Source: Flavobacteriales bacterium (GTDB lineage Bacteria > Bacteroidota > Bacteroidia > Palsa-965). From it: a stretch of 64,000 nt of DNA. The notes beneath the pieces are model-generated. The model saw only the letters and a list, made by a program, of their open reading frames with translations. It had not been told where the DNA came from and searched no databases. How positions within the stretch are numbered: position 1 is the stretch's first letter; the number at the start of each line of letters is the position of its first letter. A program made the translations under genes and the position numbers. The DNA lies in contig JBEIPA010000014.1 of the NCBI GenBank assembly GCA_040377305.1, positions 77,780 through 141,779 on the forward strand, read 5' to 3'. This document shows positions 1 to 10,106 of this stretch, piece after piece.

Positions 1-226
1 AGAGTTTGAAAAAACGCCACATCGCATTTTGACTGCAGATCAGCGCAAGATGTATACAACCTTTGGTGGTACTCCGTTTCTGGATGGATCTTACACCGTG
101 TTTGGTGAAGTGGTATCAGGCATGGATGCAGTTGATGTAATTGCTTCTCAACCAAAAGACAAAAATGATCGTCCGTTCCGCGATGTGAAGATGACGGTGA
201 AATTGAATACTGGTAAGGCTAAGTAA
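1..226 (+). CDS. Cyclophilin-type peptidyl-prolyl isomerase, C-terminal part (5' truncated by window)
   Basis: GGTPFLDGSYTVFGEVVSGMDAVD is the cyclophilin signature. Confidence 0.9.
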   Translation, partial: EFEKTPHRILTADQRKMYTTFGGTPFLDGSYTVFGEVVSGMDAVDVIASQPKDKNDRPFRDVKMTVKLNTGKAK

Positions 227-234
227 AAAGACGG

Positions 235-1242
235 ATGCGCGATAGAATAGAAGAACTGTTCAAAGAAGTTGAGGAATTTTCAGCGAAGACGAAAGAACAC
301 GCTGAGGAATTCCGTCTGAAATATCTTAGCCGCAAGGGAAAAATTTCTGAGCTCTTTGATGAATTCAAAAATGTTTCTCCCGAGCTTAAGAAGGATGTGG
401 GGCAGATGCTCAACAAGCTCAAAGTAAAAGCTCAGGAAAAACTCGATGGTGCGAAAGGTGATGCTGATGAATCGTCTGCTTCAACGGGAGAAGATCTCAC
501 ACGTCCTGTTGCTGAATGGAAAGGATCACGTCACCCGATTTCAATCGTACGAAAAAACATTCTTGATATTTTCACGCGTCTTGGATTCACCGTTGAGGAA
601 GGTCCGGAGATCGAAGACGACTGGCATAACTTCACGGCACTGAATTTCCCGGAAGAACATCCTGCACGTGATATGCAAGACACGTTCTTCATTGGAAATG
701 AAATTGCATTGCGCACACACACTTCAAGTGTACAGGTTCGCATTCTTGAAAAAACAAAACCGCCCGTGCGCATTATGATGCCGGGCAGAGTTTATCGCAA
801 CGAAGCTGTTTCTGCGCGCGCACATTGTTTCTTCCACCAGGTAGAAGGATTGTATGTAGACAAAGGCGTTTCATTCGCAGATCTGAAGCAAACACTTTTG
901 TATTTCGCTCAGGAGATGTTCGGATCGGAAACTAAAATTCGTTTGCGTCCCTCCTACTTTCCGTTTACAGAGCCGAGTGCTGAGATGGATATCTCGTGCA
1001 CAATCTGTCACGGAAAAGGATGCAACGTTTGCAAACACTCCGGCTGGGTTGAAATTCTCGGTTGCGGAATGGTTGATCCGGCTGTACTTACGAACTGCAA
1101 AATCGATCCGGAAGTTTATTCGGGATTTGCATTCGGAATGGGCATCGAGCGTATCACTATGCTGAAGTACGGCGTGAATGATTTGCGTTTGTTCTCGGAG
1201 AACGACGTACGTTTCCTCGCTCAGTTCGAATCAGAAATCTAG
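235..1242 (+). CDS. pheS: Phenylalanine-tRNA ligase alpha subunit
   Basis: HPARDMQDTF, LRTHTSSVQ, FPFTEPS and GFAFGMGIER motifs. Confidence 0.98.
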   Translation: MRDRIEELFKEVEEFSAKTKEHAEEFRLKYLSRKGKISELFDEFKNVSPELKKDVGQMLNKLKVKAQEKLDGAKGDADESSASTGEDLTRPVAEWKGSRHPISIVRKNILDIFTRLGFTVEEGPEIEDDWHNFTALNFPEEHPARDMQDTFFIGNEIALRTHTSSVQVRILEKTKPPVRIMMPGRVYRNEAVSARAHCFFHQVEGLYVDKGVSFADLKQTLLYFAQEMFGSETKIRLRPSYFPFTEPSAEMDISCTICHGKGCNVCKHSGWVEILGCGMVDPAVLTNCKIDPEVYSGFAFGMGIERITMLKYGVNDLRLFSENDVRFLAQFESEI

Positions 1243-1293
1243 ATCGAGGCTGTTTTCTGCTACAAAGCTCACTAAGTTCACTAAGCTAAAATC

Positions 1294-1611
1294 ATGACTG
1301 TTTCGCGGCTTGATCAATTGCAGCAAATGTTGACCGAAGAACCAGGCGATTCTTTTCTACAATACGCTGTAGCAGTAGAATATGCAGTCGCTGGAAATAT
1401 TTCAGAAGCCATCTCAAGAATAGAAACGTTGATCGCCGACAAGCCGGATTATCTCGGTGCTTACTACAAACTCGGACAACTTCACGAACAAGTCGGTGCT
1501 ACTGAAAAAGCCATTGATGTTTACCGCAGAGGTGCGGAAGTTGCGAAGAAGCAGAATAATGTTAAGACGTTGGGTGAGTTGAATACGGCGATTCTGTTGC
1601 TCGAAGATTGA
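1294..1611 (+). CDS. Tetratricopeptide repeat protein
   Basis: TPR pattern PDYLGAYYKLGQLHEQVG...KAIDVY. Confidence 0.8.
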   Translation: MTVSRLDQLQQMLTEEPGDSFLQYAVAVEYAVAGNISEAISRIETLIADKPDYLGAYYKLGQLHEQVGATEKAIDVYRRGAEVAKKQNNVKTLGELNTAILLLED

Positions 1612-1619
1612 CTACGGAC

Positions 1620-1656
1620 GATGTGCAGATTTGCAAATGTGAAGATGTGCAAATGC
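1620..1656. repeat. Tandem 8-mer (ATGTGCAG-like) arm, inverted partner of 2202-2237
   Basis: gatgtgcagatttgcaaatgtgaagatgtgcaaatg is near reverse complement of catctgcacatttgcaaatctgcacatctgcacat. Confidence 0.75.
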
Positions 1657-1675
1657 GAAACTCAGATTGTAACAA

Positions 1676-2179
1676 TCAAAGCTGCGGCTCTAAGGTTCCC
1701 ATCGTGACCACCGAATCAAGAATCAAGAGTTCGGTGTCAAACTTTTCCGTCTGCCTCAAGCGCATCATGTAATCCGCTAGCGAATCGTACGCAACATTTA
1801 CAAAACTTGAGTCGCGTAGAATAAATCTAAATGAATAATACGCAGGCGGTTCGGAACCTTCAAAACATGAATCGAGGGAAACTTTAGAAAACATTCCGGG
1901 ATTAGGATTTCTCAGCTCCCGAGAATAACCCTTCGCCATGATTGTTTGTCCATCAATCTCCATCCATTCTATCAATTCACCATTCTCAAAAATATATTCT
2001 CCGCGATGCCGTGCACCAGTGTGCCTGATGATCGTAAATTCACCTTCCATTAGTTCTCCCTGGTAATAGCACTTGCCATTCTTCGTCGCAATTTCATTAG
2101 ACCCAATATCTTTCGGGCCACACGAACAACAGCACACGCACAGGAGACAAATAAAAATGAAGGTGCCTGTATTACACAT
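1676..2179 (-). CDS. Hypothetical lipoprotein
   Basis: ORF with hydrophobic N-terminus and Cys lipobox-like segment; start uncertain. Confidence 0.55.
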   Translation of the reverse strand: MCNTGTFIFICLLCVCCCSCGPKDIGSNEIATKNGKCYYQGELMEGEFTIIRHTGARHRGEYIFENGELIEWMEIDGQTIMAKGYSRELRNPNPGMFSKVSLDSCFEGSEPPAYYSFRFILRDSSFVNVAYDSLADYMMRLRQTEKFDTELLILDSVVTMGTLEPQL

Positions 2180-2201
2180 TTTTTGAGAGAAAATAAATTC
2201 A

Positions 2202-2237
2202 GCATCTGCACATTTGCAAATCTGCACATCTGCACAT
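2202..2237. repeat. Tandem 8-mer (CTGCACAT-like) arm, inverted partner of 1620-1656
   Basis: Direct reading of the sequence. Confidence 0.75.
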
Positions 2238-2242
2238 ATACC

Positions 2243-3688
2243 CTACTCGACTTGTGTCAGCTTAATCATGTTCGTCTTCCCTTTCTCGCTGATCGGAATA
2301 CTCGCGATGTTAACCAGGAAATCGTCTTTCATGATGTGTCCTGCCTTTTTCAGGATGAACTTGATGTCGGCGATCGTATGATCAGTGCTGATGTCGCGAT
2401 CGTAGTATAGGCCACGTACGCCCCACACGAGAGAAAGTTGTGTAAGAATTCTATAGTTATCCGTGAAGACAAAAATGTTTGCTTTCGGACGATACGATGA
2501 AACTTTAAAGGCCGTGTATCCCGAATGCGTCATGGTAACGATTGCAACTGCATCGACTTGTTTTGCGAGTTGTGTAGCGCCAAAACAAATGTGATCGGAA
2601 AGATAACGCTGCGGATCAGAAATTTCGCTGCTGATTTCGGAATAGTACAAATCACTTTCTTCTTCTACCTGCGCAATAATTTTCGACATTGCTCCCACAA
2701 CTTTGTGCGGATGACGTCCGACAGAAGTTTCTCCGCTCAGCATTACTGCATCTGCACCTTCCATTACCGAATTAGCAACGTCGCTTACTTCAGCACGTGA
2801 AGGAGAAATGTTCGTGATCATGCTTTCCATCATTTGCGTAGCAATGATTACGGGAATTGCAGCACGGCGACATTTACGCACGAGCATTTTCTGAATAACA
2901 GGAACGCGCTGCATCGGAACCTCAACACCGAGATCGCCACGCGCAACCATGATAGCATCCGTTTGTGCGAGAATTGCATCAATGTCCATCACCGCTTCCG
3001 GCTTTTCAATCTTCGCAATAACTTTCGCTTTGCATCCCGGATCAAGAGTCTGGATGATTGATTTTAATTCGATGATGTCGGTAGAATTTCGCACAAACGA
3101 CAATCCGATCCAATCGAAATTGTGTTTCAAAGCGAACTCAAGATCTTTCAGATCCTTTTCGGTAAGACAAGGCAAAGAGATTTTCGTATTCGGAAGGTTC
3201 ACTCCCTTTTTCGAAGAGAGAATTCCTCCGTGCAGAATTGTGGCCACGACTTCATTTACTCCGTTCGTACTGTCGACGTTCAGTACCAGTTTCCCATCGT
3301 CGACCAGAATATTTTCACCGGCTTGTACATCCTTCGGAAACTGCGGATAGGTGATGAATACTTTCGAAGCATTCCCGATCATTTTCTCTGTGGTGAAAAT
3401 GATCTTCGCACCCTCTACGAGTTCTACACCATTGTTCTCCACTTCACCAATACGCAATTTCGGACCCTGCAAATCGCCAAGAATTCCGACGTGAGAGCCG
3501 AGCTTACGATTCACTGCGTAAATATTATTGAGCTGTGCTTCCACCGCAGAATAATCTCCGTGAGAAAAATTGATTCTGAAAATATCAGCGCCTGCCTTTA
3601 CCATTTCCTCCAGCATCTCGGGTGAAGAAGATGCGGGGCCCAGCGTTGCAACAATTTTCGTGCGGTTGAATTGTAAACGTTCACTCAT
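2243..3688 (-). CDS. pyk: Pyruvate kinase
   Basis: RTKIVATLGP, FRINFSHG, IAKIEKPE, MVARGDLGVE, ATQMMESM motifs. Confidence 0.98.
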   Translation of the reverse strand: MSERLQFNRTKIVATLGPASSSPEMLEEMVKAGADIFRINFSHGDYSAVEAQLNNIYAVNRKLGSHVGILGDLQGPKLRIGEVENNGVELVEGAKIIFTTEKMIGNASKVFITYPQFPKDVQAGENILVDDGKLVLNVDSTNGVNEVVATILHGGILSSKKGVNLPNTKISLPCLTEKDLKDLEFALKHNFDWIGLSFVRNSTDIIELKSIIQTLDPGCKAKVIAKIEKPEAVMDIDAILAQTDAIMVARGDLGVEVPMQRVPVIQKMLVRKCRRAAIPVIIATQMMESMITNISPSRAEVSDVANSVMEGADAVMLSGETSVGRHPHKVVGAMSKIIAQVEEESDLYYSEISSEISDPQRYLSDHICFGATQLAKQVDAVAIVTMTHSGYTAFKVSSYRPKANIFVFTDNYRILTQLSLVWGVRGLYYDRDISTDHTIADIKFILKKAGHIMKDDFLVNIASIPISEKGKTNMIKLTQVE

Positions 3689-3692
3689 GTCT

Positions 3693-4118
3693 TTAGAAAA
3701 TCAGATTTTGTTTAGACTTCAGCACCTGAGGGTCGATGCGGTAAGCCATTAATATAAACGGAACTCCGCGCATACCGGCAATCATTTGCTGTTCATCTTC
3801 CTGCGTGAACGGCCCTTGTGCGAGGAGAAAATAATCGGCTTGATGTTGTTCAGGCACTAGCAAGCCATGTGTGCCTTTATTGCTGAGCAAAGTGTAGGTT
3901 GCTTCGAAATCGGGGTGATCCCAGGAGTACTGCGTAAAATCGGAAGTAGGTTCGCCCTTCTTCAATGCAAGACTGTACGGTTCTGTTTTCGCCAAATCAA
4001 TTTCAAGTGATGTATTCAATCCCCATGCAACACGGTGTGATTTTTCGTGAGATGATATTCCTACGAGAATAAAATCATACTCGTATTCTACTTCCAGCTT
4101 ATGGCGTTGGATGGGCAT
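3693..4118 (-). CDS. IPExxxVDY-family protein (Bacteroidetes conserved)
   Basis: LLVPEQHQADYFL motif; adjacent to pyk. Confidence 0.75.
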   Translation of the reverse strand: MPIQRHKLEVEYEYDFILVGISSHEKSHRVAWGLNTSLEIDLAKTEPYSLALKKGEPTSDFTQYSWDHPDFEATYTLLSNKGTHGLLVPEQHQADYFLLAQGPFTQEDEQQMIAGMRGVPFILMAYRIDPQVLKSKQNLIF

Positions 4119-4255
4119 TCCGGTAAAGTTAGTCATTGCCTGTGTTCTGCAAGTTATGATTACCTGCTGTTACCAACAACCCCTTGTGAACCGTTTTAAA
4201 CACATAGCATCATAGTCCTTTGTTTTCTTGCCGGGCGAAAGGAATTCATAGCTCA

Positions 4256-4298
4256 CAAGAGAATATCGCTAAGCGATATTTCTCCTGTGTTCTATGAT
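4256..4298. repeat. Dispersed palindromic repeat, copy 1 (copy 2 at 44792-44834)
   Basis: caagagaatatcgctaagcgatatttctc-tgtgttctatgat is nearly identical at both sites. Confidence 0.75.
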
Positions 4299-4342
4299 CG
4301 CGGTGCACATTAGCACCTAACGAAACCTATGATACTATGTGG

Positions 4343-4903
4343 TTAGAGTTCCGTTCGAAGTCCCGAAGCAACCGCAATGACAACAGGAATTCCGGGAAGA
4401 ATATTGGTTGACCAGTCGAGCGTTTCCGTAATCGGATAGTTGTATTCAATCTCCCCACCGTGCCACACAAATTTTTTCTGCCATTTTCCGGAAGGTGAAA
4501 GCTTGAAGTAGCCATCGTCTTCGTATCCTGAAATATTGAACCACGAACGTCGATAATACCAGAATGGCCCGAGCCCGGCGCTTATGTCGCCCGCATCGCC
4601 CATGTCAATTGTGCCGCGTAAATTAATCATCGTCATTCCGGCAAATTTTCCTGCACAGTCGCGAAAACCCGATTGGCTGGCTTTCACAGAAAAGAAGCTG
4701 TTGATTTTGTATTCACAGGTTACTGCCAATCCAAAGTGAAATGCAACCCGATTCTTCTTTCCGATCGCAGTTTTGTAGAGATGGCCGTTGAAATTGTTGT
4801 CGGTGTGAATAGAAACTCCCATGAATTTGACGCCGACGTACCACTGCGCGTAATTCTGCAAAGCGAATAAAAGAAAGGCAAACAGGAGTATCGTTCGCTT
4901 CAT
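4343..4903 (-). CDS. Hypothetical secreted/outer-membrane beta-barrel protein
   Basis: Signal peptide, alternating beta-strand pattern. Confidence 0.6.
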   Translation of the reverse strand: MKRTILLFAFLLFALQNYAQWYVGVKFMGVSIHTDNNFNGHLYKTAIGKKNRVAFHFGLAVTCEYKINSFFSVKASQSGFRDCAGKFAGMTMINLRGTIDMGDAGDISAGLGPFWYYRRSWFNISGYEDDGYFKLSPSGKWQKKFVWHGGEIEYNYPITETLDWSTNILPGIPVVIAVASGLRTEL

Positions 4904-4958
4904 AAGCTTGCTGTAAATCTACACGTAAATGTTCTATTTTCGTTGCAAGAACTCTGCC

Positions 4959-6197
4959 ATGAAGAACATTCTCCTGTTGTTTGCATTTGTAATCGGTTTC
5001 GCATCGTGCGGAACGAAAGAAGATCCGTTCACCCGAGAACAAAAAGAAATTGATGAATATCTTTCTTCCGATGGACTGAATGTTTACAAAGCATTCAAGG
5101 TTTCTATTCGCGGCACGAAAGCGGCAGGACAAGATCCGGAATTCGATAAAGCACGTGCACAGTTGTTTCTGCTAACCGGATATCTGCTGCAACAGGCGAC
5201 AGACACCACGCACGAAGTAGATGCGTTTGAAGTTTACGAAACTGTTACCGAAGCAAAACCTGCAATCGATGAACTAATCAAGAAAGACGAAGACAGTCTT
5301 CCAACGGTGATGGAAAATATTTCATTCGTGGTAGGGCCAACAAGCGGGGAAGATCCGTTGGCCGGTATGTTTACAGAGAGTGAAGAACATCTTATCCTAA
5401 GCGGACTTTGGTTTGCTGGTGCACATGCACATCCGGACCTTGCGCTGTACGAATTGAATCGCGTGCAATCTGCAGACATTCGCGATCCTCAATTCAAGTG
5501 TCTTGCTGAAATGACGCGTTCACTATTGTATCTCACGAACAACTGGCCGTATCATGCTGAGAAAAGTGCGGATGATTTTCTCGCAGTTACTGAATCAGAA
5601 AAAGCGGCACTGATTGCGAGTCCATGGCCGATGGTCGATGCAAACGGTAACGAAGTGACACCGGAACAATCATGGCATCAGTTACGTGCGATCGGATATG
5701 TATTGCGCGGTGTTGCCCGTGAGAAATGCGAAGAGGATGAAAAGAAAGAACAGGGTATTGAAGATTTTGAAACCTTCATAACGGAAGCAGAAGCCGGCGG
5801 ACTAGATCACAAAGTTGTGGATCTGGTAGGTTTGCTGGTTGCACTGGAGAAAAAAGATGCCGACAGGGCGAACAGCTACATTGTGAAACTCGAAGCACGT
5901 CCTGATCTGACTCAGGAAGAAAAAGATCTGATTGCGGAAATCAAACCACTCGTTGCAGAAATGAAAGCGGAAGAAGCAAAGGATGCAATTGGTGAGAACA
6001 ATTTACTCCCCTCTTTCGCGACCAACCTGTTTGCAGAACAGTTCATGAATCTACAGGTTGTGAAAGATCTGAAAGCATCGGAAGGCGGAAAGAAATTCAT
6101 TGGCATAACCGAAATCAAAGCTCAAGAGCTGATTCCGACCGATGCCATCGACAGCCTCAAAAAGGATGCTGAAGGATTGTTTGAGAAAGTTCTCTAG
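4959..6197 (+). CDS. Hypothetical acidic helical lipoprotein
   Basis: MKNILLLFAFVIGFASC lipobox; long ORF. Confidence 0.7.
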   Translation: MKNILLLFAFVIGFASCGTKEDPFTREQKEIDEYLSSDGLNVYKAFKVSIRGTKAAGQDPEFDKARAQLFLLTGYLLQQATDTTHEVDAFEVYETVTEAKPAIDELIKKDEDSLPTVMENISFVVGPTSGEDPLAGMFTESEEHLILSGLWFAGAHAHPDLALYELNRVQSADIRDPQFKCLAEMTRSLLYLTNNWPYHAEKSADDFLAVTESEKAALIASPWPMVDANGNEVTPEQSWHQLRAIGYVLRGVAREKCEEDEKKEQGIEDFETFITEAEAGGLDHKVVDLVGLLVALEKKDADRANSYIVKLEARPDLTQEEKDLIAEIKPLVAEMKAEEAKDAIGENNLLPSFATNLFAEQFMNLQVVKDLKASEGGKKFIGITEIKAQELIPTDAIDSLKKDAEGLFEKVL

Positions 6198-6520
6198 TAC
6201 GGATTCTTCATCGTTTCGCCCGCAACAGATCCGTTCTGATCAATGCACTGACCCTCTTTCAATGAAAAGCGTACGCCGTCTTTAGAGATGACCGTACCAT
6301 CGGGTTTGATTGTGCTTCCGTTTTTCAGGAATACATCTCCCGTGATTTCTTTCCCGTCGAAAAGGACAACCATTTTTCCGTCTCGCATTCTCGCACAATA
6401 TTGTCCTGGCTCGTCTGCAGAGAACTCGGTTTTAACAACTCGAGTATTCGCATCGTATGCGTAAGCCGCACCTGTTGAAAGCATTGCTCCTAATGACCAA
6501 ATGAATAATCGATTTTTCAT
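6194..6520 (-). CDS. Small secreted protein (DUF6799-like)
   Basis: Signal peptide; LKNGSTIKPDGTV..KDG..LKEGQCID pattern. Confidence 0.6.
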   Translation of the reverse strand: MKNRLFIWSLGAMLSTGAAYAYDANTRVVKTEFSADEPGQYCARMRDGKMVVLFDGKEITGDVFLKNGSTIKPDGTVISKDGVRFSLKEGQCIDQNGSVAGETMKNPY

Positions 6521-6646
6521 GACCGTTTTGCTTTAGTTTGTACTTGTAATGGTCGCAAAATCGTGCCGTAAGAAAAAGGAGGGAAAACGTTCGGTAACAA
6601 GGGGTTTTTCGCTTCCTGTCGTGCAGGAGTGTTGACCTTACTCCAC

Positions 6647-6684
6647 AAAAAAAGCGTCCCGTCAGTTTAAATTGCCGGGACGCC
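6647..6684 (-). terminator. Intrinsic terminator
   Basis: gcgtcccg/cgggacgc stem with T-run on minus strand after 6707 ORF. Confidence 0.7.
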
Positions 6685-6706
6685 TTAATTGTAATTATCG
6701 TGAAGA

Positions 6707-7276
6707 CTATTCGTAAGGCTCTTCGAAGTAAATCAGGATGTAACCTGCTTCGCTGTCGATCATGCGCTGAGTAGTAACTTCTGTTTTTTGTCCGCCGATT
6801 TCAGCAGTCCAGAGGTACTCTTCCCAATCTTTGTCATCAGTGCGTTTACCTTTGCCATATTTCGCATCGAAATTTGCAACGATGTCTTTGTACAGCTCTT
6901 CACCTGATTGTGCGTCAGGCATAGTGATGTCCAAATGCACTTTCCAGACCTTCTTTGTGTCTGAATCATAAGCGTACTCGAGCATATACTCGTGATCGTA
7001 CTCTTCAGTTCCCAGCTTGTATAGGTAAGTGAGGTAACCGTCTTCGTCGCTGTCAGCAACTTCACTTCCGTGTTTTTTGCGGACATCATCGATAGACATA
7101 CCTATAACAGCGCCATTCTCAAGAATAGTTGTGTTGCTGAAATGTAGTTTAGCGAAATCTGCAGATTTAGCTGCTGGAACTGTTACCGTGCTCTCTTCAG
7201 CATCTCCGGTTTTTTCGCCGCTTCCGCCGCATGCGATCAATGCGCAAAGTGGAAGTGCAAGTAGTAGATTTTTCAT
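6707..7276 (-). CDS. Hypothetical lipoprotein
   Basis: MKNLLLALPLCALIAC lipobox. Confidence 0.7.
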   Translation of the reverse strand: MKNLLLALPLCALIACGGSGEKTGDAEESTVTVPAAKSADFAKLHFSNTTILENGAVIGMSIDDVRKKHGSEVADSDEDGYLTYLYKLGTEEYDHEYMLEYAYDSDTKKVWKVHLDITMPDAQSGEELYKDIVANFDAKYGKGKRTDDKDWEEYLWTAEIGGQKTEVTTQRMIDSEAGYILIYFEEPYE

Positions 7277-7584
7277 TTTCGGTTTTGATTTTGCTGCAAA
7301 TGTACGAGCCACCACGACATACGCCAATATTTATTCATAAATGGGTTCGCTTGATTGACCGTTACTGCTGCACATTTAACAAATGAAATTGCCAATTCGC
7401 CCATTTTGAAAGACTTGGGGTGAATCCAGATAACCGTAGTCCCAAAGGCTGGCACCTTGTATTCATGTTTATTCCGCTGATTTCAAAAGGAACCGGGCTG
7501 ATGATTCCTTTAATCTCGCTGCATGCGGGTGGATTGTTCAGCATTTCCTGGGATTTCAATCTGAGGTTTTATCCAGTGATCGTC

Positions 7585-8103
7585 CTATTCAAGTTTCTCG
7601 ATGCGCGCTACTTTGAAAATATAAAGCATGCGGTCATCCCACACTTTTCCGGTTACACGCACCTTATCACCATGAACGATTTCGTTCCCACTATTGTCGT
7701 AAATCAATAGATCCTTGTCTTCGTAATCTTCCGGAATGGGTGCCATGGTGTTTTCGCAATCGCCTTCCCAAATCATCATGGTTACGTAGTCTCCTTCCAT
7801 TGTTGAATCCTGTTTAAGATTCACGAGATACGTTCCGCTGTTCAGGTAAGTCATATTAGGCATTTCCGCATAACCTTCGAAGGTTACAAGTTCTTCCTTC
7901 GCAGGATAATTTGCGGCCGTATCCCATTCGAGTGGCGTGCCGTGTGCAACCTTTGCAGGGCCTCCAGGACAAACTTCTTCTTCAGGCGTCTTGTGTACAG
8001 CAGGTTTGTCGTTGCAGTTTGCCCAGATTAAACCCGTTGTAATTCCACCAACAACGATCAATGCCATGATAAATCGGACGATAGCTTGTGCTTTGCTTTC
8101 CAT
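7585..8103 (-). CDS. Hypothetical membrane-anchored protein
   Basis: N-terminal TM segment, possible OB-like C-terminus. Confidence 0.6.
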   Translation of the reverse strand: MESKAQAIVRFIMALIVVGGITTGLIWANCNDKPAVHKTPEEEVCPGGPAKVAHGTPLEWDTAANYPAKEELVTFEGYAEMPNMTYLNSGTYLVNLKQDSTMEGDYVTMMIWEGDCENTMAPIPEDYEDKDLLIYDNSGNEIVHGDKVRVTGKVWDDRMLYIFKVARIEKLE

Positions 8104-8124
8104 ATTCCAGATATTTAGTTTGTT

Positions 8125-8640
8125 CTACTGTTCAGTACCATGAAGCCAGAATCGCGATACTGGTTTACTGCCGCGTTCATCTATATTTTTGTCTATCTCT
8201 TCGTCAAAGAAATAATAAATTCTGTTTCCGGGAAGCGAAAAACTTTGGCAGGACCATGCTTGAATTGGAATTACTTCACTGCTTCCGCTATTCCCACTTA
8301 GTGTGTAAATGATTTCCTCCAGCAAAAGCGTGTTGAATGAATTATTGATAATCATCACCGAATCGGAATCATAGGTTTTTGTTATCTCGTTTCCATCGGC
8401 GAGCATATAACTGAAAGTTCCGAAAGCGCGGTAAGTAGAAACTTCATTCTCTGCGTCAACAATATACAGTCGCCCGACTCCGAACATCAGTCCCGCAAAC
8501 AATACACCTGCAAGAAATAGTCCGACCACAAAACCCTGGCGGCTTTTCATTTTTGTCCGGATGAACCACGAAACACCCCAGAAAATTGCGATGGTAAAAA
8601 GTGAGACGAGAATAGTGTAAATGATATTGTTGATCAGCAT
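8125..8640 (-). CDS. Hypothetical membrane protein
   Basis: Two N-terminal TM segments. Confidence 0.6.
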   Translation of the reverse strand: MLINNIIYTILVSLFTIAIFWGVSWFIRTKMKSRQGFVVGLFLAGVLFAGLMFGVGRLYIVDAENEVSTYRAFGTFSYMLADGNEITKTYDSDSVMIINNSFNTLLLEEIIYTLSGNSGSSEVIPIQAWSCQSFSLPGNRIYYFFDEEIDKNIDERGSKPVSRFWLHGTEQ

Positions 8641-8702
8641 GCAGGCAAAAGGTATAAAAAAAGGTCCAGACAACACCAGGTCATCCGGACTCTTTTCATT
8701 CT

Positions 8703-10106
8703 TTACCCATCCATTCGCACGATACGCGGACTGAACTTTCCTACGATGTCGACTAAATCAACTTGCGCCTCCATCACCTGAAAAATGTCTTTGTACGCAT
8801 GTGGCGATTCATCCAGACCACCACCGATTAACGTCACGTTATTTTCTTTCAGCACAGATTTCATCTCTGCATTCGTTACGTTTTTCATTGCTGCTGTACG
8901 CGACATTTTACGTCCCGCTCCATGAGAAGCAGAGTTGATGGAAATGCTCGCACCTTTTCCGCGTACAATGAATCCCGGTGCAGTCATCGATCCCGGAATA
9001 ATTCCGAGAACGCCTTTGCCGGCAGGTGTTGCACCTTTACGATGCACGATTACATCTTTGCCGTTGAATTTTTCTTTCCATGCAAAGTTGTGGTGGTTTT
9101 CTACCATCGCGATGGGTTCAACACCAAGCGCAGCTGCAATCTTCTCGTGAATTTTGTGATGACACGCCGAAGCATAATCACCAGCGAGATTCATTGCAAG
9201 CCAATACTCTTGTCCTTCCTGAGTTGAAAGATCAAGCCACGCAAGATGTTTTGCTTCCTGCGGCAAACGACATTTCTCCATTGCCACTTTCGTGTAATGG
9301 TTCGCAATCGTTGCGCCAAGTCCGCGCGAACCGGAATGCGACAACAACGCGAGGTATCGACCTAATGGAAGATTGAACTCGTTGTTCTCATCGCTGATAT
9401 CAACAACTCCGAATTCCACAAAGTGATTTCCCGAACCGGATGTTCCCATTTGCTTCACTGCTTTCAGCTGCAGACCTTTCAGCAATGGAATTTCATCGAA
9501 CAACTTTCGGTCAGTCACTTCAAACTCTTTGTTCTCCTTGAACTCTTGTCCTGAACCAAAGAGTGTATTATCCGTAAGCACTTTGTAAAGTCCGCGCGAG
9601 TCGGTGTCGATGATCTCGTGCGGAGTCGGAAAAATACTCAGGCACATTCGGCAACCGATGTCGACGCCAACTCCATAAGGAATAATTGCGTTTTCCGTAG
9701 CGAGTACACCACCGATCGGCAATCCATAACCCTGATGCGCATCCGGCATCAAAGCACCGGCAACTGCAACCGGCAAACGAATTGCCACATCCATTTGTTT
9801 ACGCGCACCATCTTCGATCTGATCTCCACCGTAAATTGCGTAAGATCCTTGTTCGATGCGCAATGCAATTTCGGGACCTTCCGCTTCTTTCGGCTTTTCC
9901 GTCAACGCATCCGCAATCGCAGCGAGGTTCGTGTCGTCGAGATAATCCGCAGGTGCAGCAAGAATATTTTTCAGCATCTCCATCACATCTTCACGTGATG
10001 ATTTGCGGTAATACTTTTCAATGATGTTGAGGGCAATTCCCACAACGCGTCCTTGTTTGTATCCAAGTTCGCGAAGGTGATCTCCGGTGATGTTTAATTT
10101 GTTCAT
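8703..10106 (-). CDS. rtcB: RNA-splicing/repair ligase RtcB
   Basis: MPDAHQGYGLPIGG, VGVDIGC, GSGNHF, HSGSRG, HRKGAT, SASHGAGR, ESPHAYK motifs. Confidence 0.96.
   Translation of the reverse strand: MNKLNITGDHLRELGYKQGRVVGIALNIIEKYYRKSSREDVMEMLKNILAAPADYLDDTNLAAIADALTEKPKEAEGPEIALRIEQGSYAIYGGDQIEDGARKQMDVAIRLPVAVAGALMPDAHQGYGLPIGGVLATENAIIPYGVGVDIGCRMCLSIFPTPHEIIDTDSRGLYKVLTDNTLFGSGQEFKENKEFEVTDRKLFDEIPLLKGLQLKAVKQMGTSGSGNHFVEFGVVDISDENNEFNLPLGRYLALLSHSGSRGLGATIANHYTKVAMEKCRLPQEAKHLAWLDLSTQEGQEYWLAMNLAGDYASACHHKIHEKIAAALGVEPIAMVENHHNFAWKEKFNGKDVIVHRKGATPAGKGVLGIIPGSMTAPGFIVRGKGASISINSASHGAGRKMSRTAAMKNVTNAEMKSVLKENNVTLIGGGLDESPHAYKDIFQVMEAQVDLVDIVGKFSPRIVRMDG

Noticed and set aside
7362-7559. 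65-aa ORF between two minus-strand genes
   Set aside because: No recognisable motif; cannot be supported from sequence alone
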